A stretch of DNA of 64,000 nucleotides from a virus (lineage: Duplodnaviria > Caudoviricetes), in the IMG/VR virus record IMGVR_UViG_3300013936_000014; one strand, given 5' to 3'. A program made the translations under genes and the position numbers. This document shows positions 45,332 to 56,256 of the stretch, one piece after another. Numbering within the stretch: position 1 is the first letter of the stretch; the number at the start of each line of letters is the position of its first letter. The notes under the pieces were generated by a model that saw only the letters and a program-made list of their open reading frames with translations, was not told the DNA's origin and did no database searches.

Positions 45332-45823
45332 TCATCCATGGTTCTTCGTATCGCTTTCCCTCATCTTTTTCAGATTCAGTATTCTTTGGTTGGAACTGCC
45401 TCTCCAAAGAAGTTTGCCTCTGCCCGGATTCAGGGCATCCACATAAGGACCGTCGATGAGCACGTCTATATATCTCATCATTTCAAGATCCTTGATGTCC
45501 TCATAGAGGAATCCCGTATAAACCCATATGGTCTTGTCGGGATAGCGTTCTTTTATCCATTTCATGATTTCGGCGCCTTCCTCTCTGTTTGACGGGAAAG
45601 TGACCTCCCCTCCAGAAAAAGTGACGCCCGAGATCTCTTCTCTTCTCAATTGCTCATCAAGAGCGTCGTACAGCCATTCCCCGACAGGGGTGCCGACATT
45701 GGGGTCCCATGTCTCCGGATTATGGCAATGCGGGCATCGATGGCTGCAGCCAGCGCACCATATCACGCATCTGAGCCCATCCCCATTGACCTGATTGTTC
45801 CTCTCAAATCTGATGATGTTCAT
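45332..45823 (-). CDS. nrdG: anaerobic ribonucleotide reductase activase
   Basis: NGDGLRCVIWCAGCSHRCPHCHNPETWD, SGGE, WRGSSNQR. Confidence 0.95.
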   Translation of the reverse strand: MNIIRFERNNQVNGDGLRCVIWCAGCSHRCPHCHNPETWDPNVGTPVGEWLYDALDEQLRREEISGVTFSGGEVTFPSNREEGAEIMKWIKERYPDKTIWVYTGFLYEDIKDLEMMRYIDVLIDGPYVDALNPGRGKLLWRGSSNQRILNLKKMRESDTKNHG

Positions 45824-48355
45824 CACATGGACCTTCTGTCTTTCACTTCCGCCATTTTGGCGTCGTTCATTTTCGTGGTGCCCTCCACTTTGGAATAGCC
45901 GAGGTATCCGCACACCCTGTTTATGGTGGTGAGGTTATGGGACCCGCAGAAACCGCAGACCTCGTCGGCATCGTCGGTCTCGTTCCCACAGTCCTCACAA
46001 TAGGATTTCTCTATGTTCACACCGAAATAATATCCCAATTTCATCGCGCGCCTTATGCATTGTTTGATATATGCCTCATTCATCCCAGAGACGAAACGGC
46101 AATATTGGATGTGCCCGCCGCTCGCGATATGGAAATATCGGAATTCCGCGTCCTGCTTCTCATAAGGCGTAATATCCTCGGTCACATGCATATGAAAGGA
46201 ATTCGTGAAATACGCCCTATCAGACACTTTGTGGATCACGCCATATTTCTTCACGAATTGCTCTCGCTGAGTCCCACAAAGAGACTCTGCCGGAGTCCCA
46301 TAAAGGGCCGCTATATAACACAGTTTTCCTTCTTGATATTCTATTTTTTTCTCATCGACATAGTTGCTTATGTATTTAAGGACTTTGTAAGCAAAAGCAT
46401 CTTCGTCGTTTCTCACGTCATACAAAGATTTCCCGTTATAAAGTTCTTGCAGCTCGTTCAAAGCGGTGAATCCATAAGAGAAGGTTATCCTCTTGACAAG
46501 AGGAGCGATGTCGTCTGTCGGCTTGAGGCGTCCAAAACCGCCTTCGCAATATCCGACCGGATTGCAGCTCGCTTTCAGTTTGCATAAGAAATCGAACGTT
46601 TTTATATGGAGATGGTTGATCATATCAAGATAATAATCAAGCACTTCATAAAATCCTTTTTTCTCTTTCAATGATTTCTCATAAATCATCGGAAGATTCA
46701 AAGAAATTGCGCCGCCGTTAAAACGCCCGGTAAATATCGGCCTGTCTTCATCGCTGGCCGGCTTCAATCCGCCCTTCTCATAATAGGCGGACAAGTAGGC
46801 TCTACACGTTTTATCGAATGTCACCATTCGCACTGACTATATTATCAGCTTTCGCTGTTTCCTATTTGGACTCGGTGCTTATCTCCGAGTCTACTCCGTT
46901 ACATTCATCGCGGATAGTCGATACAGGTTCCTAATCTTTTTATAACCAATAAGATTAAGCTTCTCACGGTCTCATCTTATTTCTAAGACCTAACCGTTAG
47001 CAGCGACTAGTGTCGCCACACCCCCGAGCGGGGTTAAGGAAATTTAAGATGGGCTGTAGTTTGCGCTTACCCATCGGGCTGATAATCGAATCAACCCATT
47101 CAGGATTCTCCTGAACATTCTCGTTCTTATCCAAATACCATCTGGACACTCCGAATTTATGATATTTCTTGAATATGTTTGCAATCTGCGGGTCGTAATG
47201 AGGAGCGTGGGCGCCTTTGATCAAAGTCTCGTCCGGCTCATCGAGCGACAGCCAGTCCGGATACATTGCCACACAGGAAGTCTTCACGCCTTCGTTGAAC
47301 AACCATTCTAATGGCTTGCCTTCCCCATGGAGTTCTTTCGTATAAAGGAACACCATCTTCGGGAAGATCGCCGGACGTTTGTGGCCAGGATGTCCTTGTC
47401 CTTCGCGTCTGACTTTCAGTGCCGTGGACCAAACCAGAGCGCCGAATCTCGTTTCGTCACATCCGCCGGTGACGGTGATGAACGGGTAATCGCCGCGGCT
47501 TGAAGCCACAGTGTTGAACGTATGCTCGAATCCCTGGAATACCTGCTCGATATCCCTTTCGACTTTCTTGATCGCGTACTGATCCGCCGCATGCTCATCG
47601 TAATTGCCGTTCGTCAAAGCGCAGAGCGTTTTGTACTCGAGCATGTATTTGTCATAGGTTTTTTCGGCATAGGGGGCCAAGATCGAATCTATCTCCGGCA
47701 ATGTGAACCCCCCGTATTGCTGAGCCGCGCAATTCAGCGTGATGTCGCTGATCAGATTGCCTGCGGTTCGCACATCTTTAGGCTCATTGTAACCTATATG
47801 CTCCCACTCAAATCCGCCTTGCAATACTTTACCCATATCGAATAAACAGCAGTTTCCTGTGTCCAGCCTAGCGGACAGATCATGTATATAAATATACCCG
47901 TCGCTCATGGCGGACAATTCCTCTTTGCTGAGAAAATTCTTTTTGTAGATCTCTTTATTCAACGCGGAATACACCATGCTTCTCTTCGTGGAGACGAGAG
48001 CCGCCGATGTGTTCGCGTTGCTGCGATCTATCTTGTAATTCATTTCATCCGCCGTTTTGAGGACGTTATCCATCATTTTGATGAAATCTTCCTTGTAGTT
48101 GCGGTAATCCCTATATGCCTTCGCGACATCTTTATTCACTTTATCCAAAGCGCACTCCACGAAATTGTGCATCTTGGCCACAGGGATATTATCTTGTCCG
48201 TCTTTCTCGATTTCTTCTCCGATGAACCTCTTTATGTCTTCGAGGTCTTTGCCAGACAAAGAGATATTCACCCTATCCGCCGACTTACTCACCGCGGATC
48301 TGATTTTCTCGAAATCGAAAGGGACACAATGATTGTCTTTTTTAATAACATTCAT
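45823..48355 (-). CDS. nrdD: class III anaerobic ribonucleotide reductase (exons 48355-47069 and 46806-45823; 756 aa spliced)
   Basis: ATP cone, YIHDL, NCCL, rejoined SPMGCRAYL, TPAESLC, YFTNSFH, Zn CxxC pairs, glycyl-radical motif RVCGYLG. Confidence 0.95.
46807..47068 (-). ncRNA. group I intron (262 nt, no ORF) in nrdD
   Basis: 5' exon ends in U and the intron ends in G; P1 GATGGGT/GCCCATC with U-G pair; P10 CTACA/TGTAG; P7 GACTAT/ATAGTC; removal restores PMG|CRAYL in frame. Confidence 0.92.
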
Positions 48356-48381
48356 AAGATGATGTCTCCTTTTCAGAAAAG

Positions 48382-48410
48382 ATTATACGATAAAAAACTT
48401 GCGGAATCAA
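48382..48410 (-). promoter_or_regulatory. sigmaA promoter of nrdDG
   Basis: TTGATT-N17-TATAAT. Confidence 0.7.
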
Positions 48411-49135
48411 GCTTTTTGCTTTCCTTCCTGTTTCTCTTCGTTGTCTTTTTCCGTTTTCCCATCGGCTCCGCCGGCTTTGTTCTTCGTGTTAATTGGGGCA
48501 GAGATGCCAAGAGTGGAATATATCTCTTTGTCAAGGGCATTACCAAGAGCCTCGTCTCCCACGGCCTGCTTCAAAGCCTGCCAATGAGGATCTTCCCCAT
48601 TGAGGATGCTCTTCATGTCAGACAGCATCTCGGGGGTGAGGGTCTTCGTCGCCTTGTCCATTTGCTTGACCAACTCGTCTATTTTCTCGCTGGAGAAATT
48701 ATCCGCCGCTTCCGTGATTTTGTAGATGTTCCCGAAATTCACCATTTTGTCGATCAGATCACACAGACGGGCGAAATCGGCACCGCAGAATTTCATGATA
48801 TAGTCGATGAAGCCGAATTCGCACAGGGCGTCATAAATCGTCTCATCCGCGACGAAACTGCCCAAATCATTCTCCAGATTGATGCAATATTCCAAGATTC
48901 CGTACATCGTTTCCGCCACCATAAGATGGACGGCGGATTTCACCATATCCCTCTCAACATTGAAGATGTTGGCGGATATGATGGACGCGCAGATCGCCTT
49001 CCTGTCTATGCTGAGATAGGGGATCACCTGCAGTTTCTGCATGTATTCGTGGACTTTCTTGTCGTTTTCTTCCGTTGGGTTCTTCTGGAACTCAAGGACA
49101 GAAGTCAGAATGTCAGTAAGTTTTATTTTATCCAT
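48407..49135 (-). CDS. hypothetical helical protein (possible tail assembly chaperone)
   Basis: AAGGAG RBS, acidic helical sequence, follows the tyrosine recombinase in the structural region. Confidence 0.5.
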   Translation of the reverse strand: MDKIKLTDILTSVLEFQKNPTEENDKKVHEYMQKLQVIPYLSIDRKAICASIISANIFNVERDMVKSAVHLMVAETMYGILEYCINLENDLGSFVADETIYDALCEFGFIDYIMKFCGADFARLCDLIDKMVNFGNIYKITEAADNFSSEKIDELVKQMDKATKTLTPEMLSDMKSILNGEDPHWQALKQAVGDEALGNALDKEIYSTLGISAPINTKNKAGGADGKTEKDNEEKQEGKQKA

Positions 49136-49155
49136 ATTGTTTTTCTCCTTTTGCC

Positions 49156-50154
49156 TCATTCCTGCTGAACAGGCTTTTTTGAGAAGAAATCGCTCAGGAT
49201 CTCCTCATCGCTCACATCATTGTATATCTTTATCATATCGGGGCTGGACCAAGAGAATATAAGGGTCACGACCGAATCCGGGAGGTGCATGCTCTTCAGC
49301 AAAGTGCAGAAATAATGCCTGCCGGAATGGCTGTAGAAATCTATCCCGAATTTTTTCGAGATCCTTCTGGCGAACATATTCGCGGTGGAGACATTGGCGG
49401 GCACCCATTTGCCGTCTTTTTCGGTGACGAACAGATAGTCGTTTTCTATGCCCAGGTTATTCCTTTCCTCCATCCAGTTCCTCAAATAAGGGTCGAAACT
49501 GTCTTTTATGACGTATTTTTTGATCAATTTTCCGATTTTGCCTCTGCCTTTCGATCTGATTTGGGGGGTGCAGTACATATATCCGTCGAAAACCTCGTTC
49601 TCTTTCGTGAAAAAAGAGGCCTTCATCTGAAGCATCTCCGATTTCCTCGCACCGCAGGAGCATACCAAAGCCACATAACAGGCCAATTGGTATTCCTTTT
49701 CGGCCGTAAGCGTGTCCAGCATGCTCTTGACCTCTTCGTTGGAAAGAACCGTTTTTTCCCTCACCGTCGTGATATGCACGGGCTCAAGCCCTCTGAGCTG
49801 ATTATGAAAATTCGGATATTCGTCCTCGTAAAGAAGCTCAATCTCGGTGGAAAGACTGCTGAGGCATGATTTCAAGGAGGCAATTCTGTTGGGGCTCATC
49901 CCCAACTCTCTCAAATACCCGAAATAGAATACAAAATCCCTCTTTTTCAGGTCGACGAAAAACTTATCGCCGTTCTCCCTATAATTCCAGCAGAAGAAGA
50001 CCTTGAGCCACGCCTCGTATTGCTGCTGCGTTTTCGGGGATTTGTCGTTGCTTTTGCAATATTGCAGATATTCCTTCACCAGCCGTCTGTTCTGAGGCGA
50101 GACCTTTTCGTAATCGCTGGTGAGGTTGTCGTTGTATACCGTTGATCTTGCCAT
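49156..50154 (-). CDS. tyrosine recombinase (XerC/D-like)
   Basis: Catalytic set R (GARKSE), K (SKG), HxxR (HSGRH), W (FSWSS), Y (IKIY). Confidence 0.9.
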   Translation of the reverse strand: MARSTVYNDNLTSDYEKVSPQNRRLVKEYLQYCKSNDKSPKTQQQYEAWLKVFFCWNYRENGDKFFVDLKKRDFVFYFGYLRELGMSPNRIASLKSCLSSLSTEIELLYEDEYPNFHNQLRGLEPVHITTVREKTVLSNEEVKSMLDTLTAEKEYQLACYVALVCSCGARKSEMLQMKASFFTKENEVFDGYMYCTPQIRSKGRGKIGKLIKKYVIKDSFDPYLRNWMEERNNLGIENDYLFVTEKDGKWVPANVSTANMFARRISKKFGIDFYSHSGRHYFCTLLKSMHLPDSVVTLIFSWSSPDMIKIYNDVSDEEILSDFFSKKPVQQE

Positions 50155-50168
50155 GGTAGATTTCACCC

Positions 50169-51020
50169 CTATAACTCAGTCACGACATCAGACACCGTTA
50201 AACCTGTAAAGGCAGAAGTGGCATTAACGGTATTAAACAAAACCCCCATATCTTCACTAGTGTCGGGATAATATAAAATGGTGTTCTTAGAATTATCATA
50301 TTGTATTTTTTCTATGATTGTTTTTATTTTAGCTGTCGTATCTACATAAACGCCTGTAACATAAACAACCCCATTATTGCCGAAAACTTCAGGAAATTGA
50401 CTTGGATTTTTAACTGCAGTTTTATCACTAGAATAAACTATGGCGTTTATAGAAGCGGACTTAGTCTGATCCTCGCTAGTCCAATACATGCTCAAGCTAT
50501 GGCTATAATATTCCTTTTGAGCGGCGCTGATGGTGCTGTCGCTTGAAATGGTGATGTTGCTTCCCGCCTTCAATTTGTTTTGTTTACCATTCAGGTCATT
50601 AGCGGTGGCCAATCTGACCCAATCGGCCCACGACGTCCCGTTGTATGTTCTTTCGTAGATTGAGCCGGTGTTCTGATTGCTGCTCACCAAAAACTGGGTG
50701 TACCAGCCTATGGCCGTTCTCACCACGGTCAGCCCGAAAGCCGCCACTCCCGAAGGTTTATTGGGGCTCTTATTGCCGCCATCGGCATAATATTTCCCTT
50801 CCCCAACCAAAGTATTCAAATCAATCCCTGCATCAAGAGCGCTTGCTGTAGCAGAGGCGGATCCTGCCGACCCACCAGATTCTCCGCCAGCGATATTGCC
50901 GACGAACATGGATTTCGTGATGGCTTTGATCTCTCCCGCTTTCAAATCACCGTAATCAGAGCTGCCAGCATCCGCGGCGGCCAGAAACGTTTTCGTTTTT
51001 TTATTGATTTTCTTTGCCAT
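50169..51020 (-). CDS. tail fibre-like protein with pyocin-knob-type domain
   Basis: DLNTLVGEGKYY...NKPSG...IYERTYNGTSWADW; KQNKLKAGSNITIS repeat. Confidence 0.7.
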   Translation of the reverse strand: MAKKINKKTKTFLAAADAGSSDYGDLKAGEIKAITKSMFVGNIAGGESGGSAGSASATASALDAGIDLNTLVGEGKYYADGGNKSPNKPSGVAAFGLTVVRTAIGWYTQFLVSSNQNTGSIYERTYNGTSWADWVRLATANDLNGKQNKLKAGSNITISSDSTISAAQKEYYSHSLSMYWTSEDQTKSASINAIVYSSDKTAVKNPSQFPEVFGNNGVVYVTGVYVDTTAKIKTIIEKIQYDNSKNTILYYPDTSEDMGVLFNTVNATSAFTGLTVSDVVTEL

Positions 51021-51714
51021 ATTCTTCCTCCTTTAATCTTGGCGCCACTTTCATTCTCTCCAGCCTCTCGATCTCTTGGTCTAAGGCCGAGATGGCATGC
51101 GCGGCTTTCAATTCCTTTTTGTGACGTTTGACTTCTCGCATTCTTTCAGCGATGTCTTTGTCCCATTTGAATTCGCAGAGCGTTTTTGCCAAAAAGACGG
51201 CGTCTGTCTCATCCAAAGTCGTTGTTTTCAATTCGGCGGGGAATATGCCATACAGGTAATCCCTCACCATTTCTTTCGTTACTTTATCCCCGGCACCCAG
51301 ACCGTTGATATGCCTGAAATAAGCATGGGTGGTCGCCGGAGCCACCCCTTTGTAATCATAACAGGGTATCCCCCTTTCGTAACAGCAGACATCCAGAATT
51401 GCATGGCTTTTCGCCAAGGCGACGAAGGTCTGCACAGTTGACGACCCTCCATGAATCTGGGTTGGCATCATTTCCTTCGAGACGAAGTAATTTTCGCGTC
51501 CTATCTCCTTATCCAATTCATCAAAGAGCGCGTTTATCCTTGTTTTGAGCTCCGCGGCAGGAAGCTCTGTTCCGTCCTTTACCCTTATCACCGCGGTGCA
51601 CAGAGGCTCTTTTTTCGCGATGTTCCAGACGCATACTCCCGTGACCTTGCTGGCCAAATCGAACATGACAAGATATTTATAGGAATCCATTTTGTCTTTA
51701 AATTTAATCTCCAT
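51001..51714 (-). CDS. RuvC-like Holliday junction resolvase
   Basis: FDLASKVTGVCVW, VSKE, K(E)MV, DETDA catalytic pattern. Confidence 0.75.
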   Translation of the reverse strand: MEIKFKDKMDSYKYLVMFDLASKVTGVCVWNIAKKEPLCTAVIRVKDGTELPAAELKTRINALFDELDKEIGRENYFVSKEMMPTQIHGGSSTVQTFVALAKSHAILDVCCYERGIPCYDYKGVAPATTHAYFRHINGLGAGDKVTKEMVRDYLYGIFPAELKTTTLDETDAVFLAKTLCEFKWDKDIAERMREVKRHKKELKAAHAISALDQEIERLERMKVAPRLKEEEYGKENQ

Positions 51715-51772
51715 AAAAATCCCCTTTTCAAAAAATACTATTGCCAATAATATGCTCTGAAAAGAGCATTTG

Positions 51773-51799
51773 AAAAAAGCGGACTTCATGTCCGCTTTT
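51773..51799. terminator. terminator after the glycosyltransferase gene
   Basis: AAAAGCGGAC/GTCCGCTTTT with A/T tracts on both sides. Confidence 0.7.
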
Positions 51800-51812
51800 C
51801 TATTACTTCCTT

Positions 51813-52955
51813 TTATCTCTTGCTCGGCTCATTGAGCTCTTTCTCCAACCTTTCCAAATTGTCCTTCAGCCTCAAATCGCCTTTGTCTTCCTCGTGCGCA
51901 AGCCTGGCGTACATCAGAGCCGTGTGTTTCGCACCCGCGTAATAATAGGCTATGCACAGCAGATCGGCGGGCTCGCTCGTCCAGCATCTGTCCCATTCGA
52001 GCCACGAATAGAGCCTTCTTGACTTCAGCAACGCCTCATTGATGATGTTAATCGCCTCTTCGTATCTTTTCTGGGAGATGTACACTTTCGCCAACTCAAG
52101 GTAATTGTCCCTGAATTCCGGGCTTTGCGCGATTCCTTGCTTGAAATCGACGATGGCTTTCTCTGGCATCCCCAAATCGACATGGCACTTGCCTTTGAAC
52201 ATGAACAAATCCGTTTTGCATGAATACAGATCATTCGCGCCGATATTCGGCATCACCGTCTTGTCTATGAATTCCAGGCACTTCTCTTTGTTTCCCGAAT
52301 AATAATACTCATGTGCGAGGTAAACCAGCCCATAGTAATCATCCGGGTTCTCCTTGGCTCTCAATTCCAGCAACGGAAGATAAGACGACCTTCCTTCTTT
52401 ATGCAAAGGATAATGATGCAGCCATATGTCATCGCTCACGGCGGTTCCGGATTCCCCATCATAAGAGGAATCCCCTCCCCAAGTCAGGGTTTCGTGCACC
52501 GGGTATCTCCAGAACCAGTTCCCGGAATTGTCATGGCATTTGTCATACCAGAAAACCCTAGCCGGACTCCCGTCCTGATTGTGGGACCATGCGTATTTGT
52601 ACCACATGCGATGCTTGTTCCCTTTGCCCCACGCCTCCCTGAATCTGTCGCCCCATCCGGGCTCCAAAACCTCATCAAGATCCGTGGAGATGCAGAAATC
52701 CGCGTCTTTGGGAATCATCCTCATGTTCGCGTTTCGGGCGACATCAAACCTCCAAGGCCTAACTTCCGCCTGAGACAGGATAATTTTCCGAGGGTATTTC
52801 GCCTGCCATTCCTTCAGCCGTTCCCAAGTACCATCGGAGCTGCCCGTATCGAGAATGCACAGGTAGTCCGCCTCCAGCATGGAATTCATCCATCTGTCGA
52901 CGTTCTGCAGCTCGTCCTTGCAGATTGTGTAGACCGCGACCTTGTATTGACCCAT
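51813..52955 (-). CDS. GT2 glycosyltransferase with C-terminal TPRs
   Basis: ICKDE, LDTGSSDGT, FDVARN, DLDE, PVHE, followed by TPR-like helices. Confidence 0.9.
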   Translation of the reverse strand: MGQYKVAVYTICKDELQNVDRWMNSMLEADYLCILDTGSSDGTWERLKEWQAKYPRKIILSQAEVRPWRFDVARNANMRMIPKDADFCISTDLDEVLEPGWGDRFREAWGKGNKHRMWYKYAWSHNQDGSPARVFWYDKCHDNSGNWFWRYPVHETLTWGGDSSYDGESGTAVSDDIWLHHYPLHKEGRSSYLPLLELRAKENPDDYYGLVYLAHEYYYSGNKEKCLEFIDKTVMPNIGANDLYSCKTDLFMFKGKCHVDLGMPEKAIVDFKQGIAQSPEFRDNYLELAKVYISQKRYEEAINIINEALLKSRRLYSWLEWDRCWTSEPADLLCIAYYYAGAKHTALMYARLAHEEDKGDLRLKDNLERLEKELNEPSKR

Positions 52956-53043
52956 AAGATTCTCCTCTTCCTTTCGATAGATGGCTTTGAAGGGGGTTCT
53001 AAATCTATTGACCGACCCCCATCAAAGCCATCTATATGTGCTG

Positions 53044-53072
53044 ATAATAAGCCGAAAAACACGAAAAGTCAA
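53044..53072 (-). promoter_or_regulatory. sigmaA-like promoter of the glycosyltransferase gene
   Basis: TTGACT-N17-TATTAT; long 5'-UTR hairpin at 52977-53034. Confidence 0.6.
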
Positions 53073-53077
53073 TCGGC

Positions 53078-53740
53078 TCAGAAAAAATCTTTCGAGACGT
53101 ATCGCCGAGGAACGCCCCAAGATCTCGCGATCAGACGGCTTTCTTTCCCCTCTTGGAAAATCCAGGTTATCTTCACGGAAAAATAAAGATCGAGATTGCG
53201 CACTATGATCTCCCCTCTGGGAGTCAGTCGCTCATCATCTTTGTCCGAATCATAAACAGCCCCGCGCTCTAAAGAATTATACCCGGCGAAAACAGAATAA
53301 CAAATATCATTAGCGCAGCCTCTCATCCATTCAAAAAAGGAATTGTCCCCAAACGGCTTCCAAAATAGGTTATCGGCCGTTACCGGCAATGCGAAATCGA
53401 GTGTAACCACACGTCCGGAACCGTTCTGAGAATAGTTCTTTGGTTCATACCATCCGCTTTCCGGGACCGGGTACCATTTTGGCGTTATCTGAGACACTAT
53501 GCCGCTTCCTGTTTTCCCGTCTTTCGCCCTCAAATATTCGAACCCCCTATCAAACCATCCTTGGCGATGAGTTGGCGCGATGAGAGTAGCCCTTCCCACG
53601 CATCCGAAAGACAAATCGGAAGGAAGATTGTCAAAATGCAGGTTTACCGTCAGAACCTTGTTGCCGTCAACAATCGGCTCATATCGCCATTTTAGGTCTT
53701 TGTCGAGGAAATCCTTGAATTCATCCAAACTTAGCCCCAT
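53078..53740 (-). CDS. hypothetical protein, possible tip of the collagen fibre
   Basis: GGAGG RBS; aromatic/beta-rich; follows the last collagen gene. Confidence 0.5.
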   Translation of the reverse strand: MGLSLDEFKDFLDKDLKWRYEPIVDGNKVLTVNLHFDNLPSDLSFGCVGRATLIAPTHRQGWFDRGFEYLRAKDGKTGSGIVSQITPKWYPVPESGWYEPKNYSQNGSGRVVTLDFALPVTADNLFWKPFGDNSFFEWMRGCANDICYSVFAGYNSLERGAVYDSDKDDERLTPRGEIIVRNLDLYFSVKITWIFQEGKESRLIARSWGVPRRYVSKDFF

Positions 53741-53750
53741 AATCCCCTCC

Positions 53751-54407
53751 TTATCTGAGATCGATGATGTCTATCGTGCCTTTCGGTCCCTGGACGCCTG
53801 TCGGCCCAGCGGCCCCGGTAGGCCCGATGCCCCCCATCGGCCCAGTAGGCCCGACCGGTCCTATCAATCCTTGGAATCCAGTGGGGCCCATCGGGCCAGT
53901 AGGCCCGACGATTCCCGTGGGGCCGACAGGGCCAGTGGCCCCTGTTGGGCCGACAGGTCCCACCCCGCCGGCTGATCCCGTAGGACCCAAAGGTCCTTGA
54001 GGCCCCGTCGGGCCAACGATGCTGCTTCCCTGTGGTCCGGTTGGACCCATATCGCCCTTCTCGCCTTTCACGCTATCGGTGTAAAGATGGGTGCCGTCTG
54101 TCATGGTGAAATCGAGACCGTTGTTCGAGCCCATCGCGACGCCTTTGATGCCATTCCCGGTCTCTCCGGTGGCTCCTTTCTCCCCGATCGCCCCTCGAGG
54201 GCCGGTCGCCCCAGTGGGGCCTTTTATGTCGTCTCTCCAGCACACATAAAAGAGATTGTAGTTTTTGAGATTGTTCAAACCCGGTCCAAGGGTGATCTTG
54301 TTTCCGTTAAGATCCGTGACCGAGATGGTGTCTTTCCCGTTAACCAAGGTCTCATATTGAGATTGCGTCAGGAAAACAGTGGGTATATTTTCAAATGGAT
54401 TCGCCAT
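53751..54407 (-). CDS. collagen-like fibre protein 4
   Basis: Gly-X-Y (GPT-rich) repeats; N-terminal FLTQSQY domain. Confidence 0.85.
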   Translation of the reverse strand: MANPFENIPTVFLTQSQYETLVNGKDTISVTDLNGNKITLGPGLNNLKNYNLFYVCWRDDIKGPTGATGPRGAIGEKGATGETGNGIKGVAMGSNNGLDFTMTDGTHLYTDSVKGEKGDMGPTGPQGSSIVGPTGPQGPLGPTGSAGGVGPVGPTGATGPVGPTGIVGPTGPMGPTGFQGLIGPVGPTGPMGGIGPTGAAGPTGVQGPKGTIDIIDLR

Positions 54408-54423
54408 ATGAGACCTCCTTTCA

Positions 54424-55329
54424 TCATTCTATTGAGTCGTAGAACACCACAGACCCTGGTTGGACATTGTATATTATCTTTTTCGTGCCGGAATCGTAAG
54501 ACATTCCTGTGACGACCCCCTCTGCGGAGGAATTCCCGATGACGCCGGCGACATTAGCCGTGACACCATCCGTTCCGTCTCTTCCGGCAGCCCCTTTGAA
54601 ATTCGCCACCTTCGTCCAAAGATCGGATTCGTTGTATCTGAATACATCGTTTGAAGATAGATTAAGATAATAATCCCCAGTTTTCGGAGATACGGGAGGA
54701 ATCTGCCCCGTGACGGATTGGATCACGTTTCCGGCATTATCCGTTGCCACGGACTCTCCCGAGAACCATGTGCTGCCCGTAGGACCCAGAGCACCCGTGG
54801 GACCGGTGGGACCAATAGGGCCGGTTGGACCGATTTTCCCTTCGGGTCCGGTAGGGCCTATTAGGCCAGTGGGACCAAGGTTGCCTTGCGGCCCAGTTGG
54901 GCCGACTGGACCTGTGGGGCCAATTTTTCCTTCGGGACCGGTAGGACCGACGGAGCCCGTCGGCCCAATTTTCCCCTCAGGGCCAGTTGGGCCGACAGAG
55001 CCCGTTGGGCCGACATCTCCTTGCGGACCAGTAGGACCCATTGCCCCAGTTGGGCCAATTTTCCCTTCGGGGCCAGTAGGACCGACGGAGCCCGTTGGGC
55101 CCGCGTCTCCCTTGGCTCCCGTCGGCCCAATGGCCCCTGTAAAACCTCTGGGGCCCGTTGGACCGATTATATCCTGATAATAGCAAACGAAATATCCGTC
55201 GCTGGGAAGGCCGGTCAAGGTTTTTTTGTTGCCGTTGTAGTCGGTGACTTCCGTGGATCCTCCGGTTCTCAGCATCTCATATTGAGCCTGAGTGAGAAAA
55301 TAGGTTTTTGTATTGGTAATATCTGCCAT
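54424..55329 (-). CDS. collagen-like fibre protein 3
   Basis: About 45 Gly-X-Y triplets; GSTWFSG...GDYYLN knob; N-terminus nearly identical to that of 55344-56243. Confidence 0.9.
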   Translation of the reverse strand: MADITNTKTYFLTQAQYEMLRTGGSTEVTDYNGNKKTLTGLPSDGYFVCYYQDIIGPTGPRGFTGAIGPTGAKGDAGPTGSVGPTGPEGKIGPTGAMGPTGPQGDVGPTGSVGPTGPEGKIGPTGSVGPTGPEGKIGPTGPVGPTGPQGNLGPTGLIGPTGPEGKIGPTGPIGPTGPTGALGPTGSTWFSGESVATDNAGNVIQSVTGQIPPVSPKTGDYYLNLSSNDVFRYNESDLWTKVANFKGAAGRDGTDGVTANVAGVIGNSSAEGVVTGMSYDSGTKKIIYNVQPGSVVFYDSIE

Positions 55330-55343
55330 TCTCTTTTTCCTCC

Positions 55344-56243
55344 TTACCAGGCCACTTCCGTGTTTCCGTCATCGGAGAGCTTCACATAGAAAACGCCATG
55401 CACGGCATCGATCATCTCAGCGGCCGGAACATTCGTGTAGACTATCTTTTTTGAAGAATCGTCATATTCCATTGCGACCGTCACGCCCGTGCTAGCTTCA
55501 TAAGAGCCACTGGATGAAGAGACCCCCGACACGTTTCCCGTCTCCCCTTTCGGCCCCTGCGGGCCTTTAACCTGAGCGATTTTCGTCCATTGTTTCTGCT
55601 CATTGTACCTGAATATCTCCGCCGTCGAGTTGTTGAAATAGAAATCCCCGACGACTGCGCCGACCGGGTCTGGATCGACGACGACGTTTCCCTGTTGGGT
55701 GGAAACCGCCGTGCCCGAATACCAGGTGCTTCCCGTTGGGCCGATCGCCCCAGTGAGCCCCGTGGGCCCGATGGGTCCGGTGTCGCCTTTGTCTCCCTTG
55801 GCGTGTACCTCCGTGTCGACTCCGCCAATGAGCCAATTCCCCGATGTGGGATCTATTGTCGGGGAGTAGCCGTTTTTAACGACGATGTTCCCCGCTTCAA
55901 GCGTCTCATCTTCGGTATTGGTATATTTCAGGCCGTAAGTGGATTCGGCTCCTGAGCCTTGCTGCAAAGAGCCCGTCACCTCTATGCTTTTGAGTCCGAC
56001 GCCGGTATTTCCCGTAGGCCCGGTTGGGCCGATTTCGCCCTTATCGCCCTGGACACCCCTCGGTCCGGTTGGACCGATTATGTCCTGATAATAGCAAACG
56101 AAATACCCGTCGCTCGGAAGGCCGGTCAAAGTGGCCACATTGCCATTGTAGTCCGTGACGGTCGTGGTTCCGCCCGTTCTCAGCGTCTCATACTGCCTCT
56201 GAGTGAGGAAGTAAGTTTTTTTCTGCGTTATTATATCTGCCAT
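55344..56243 (-). CDS. collagen-like fibre protein 2
   Basis: Interrupted Gly-X-Y repeats; [11 protein letters not shown] and GSTWYSG...GDFYFN modules. Confidence 0.85.
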   Translation of the reverse strand: MADIITQKKTYFLTQRQYETLRTGGTTTVTDYNGNVATLTGLPSDGYFVCYYQDIIGPTGPRGVQGDKGEIGPTGPTGNTGVGLKSIEVTGSLQQGSGAESTYGLKYTNTEDETLEAGNIVVKNGYSPTIDPTSGNWLIGGVDTEVHAKGDKGDTGPIGPTGLTGAIGPTGSTWYSGTAVSTQQGNVVVDPDPVGAVVGDFYFNNSTAEIFRYNEQKQWTKIAQVKGPQGPKGETGNVSGVSSSSGSYEASTGVTVAMEYDDSSKKIVYTNVPAAEMIDAVHGVFYVKLSDDGNTEVAW

Positions 56244-56256
56244 GTTCTTCCTCCTC

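Noticed and set aside
45823-48355. nrdD as a frameshifted pseudogene or two genes
   Set aside because: The gap has group I intron hallmarks and its precise removal restores PMGCRAYL in frame.
49156-50154. Tyrosine recombinase as prophage boundary or as the shufflon recombinase
   Set aside because: Flanked on both sides by co-oriented phage genes with no att-like repeat or host genes; the shufflon has its own serine invertase.
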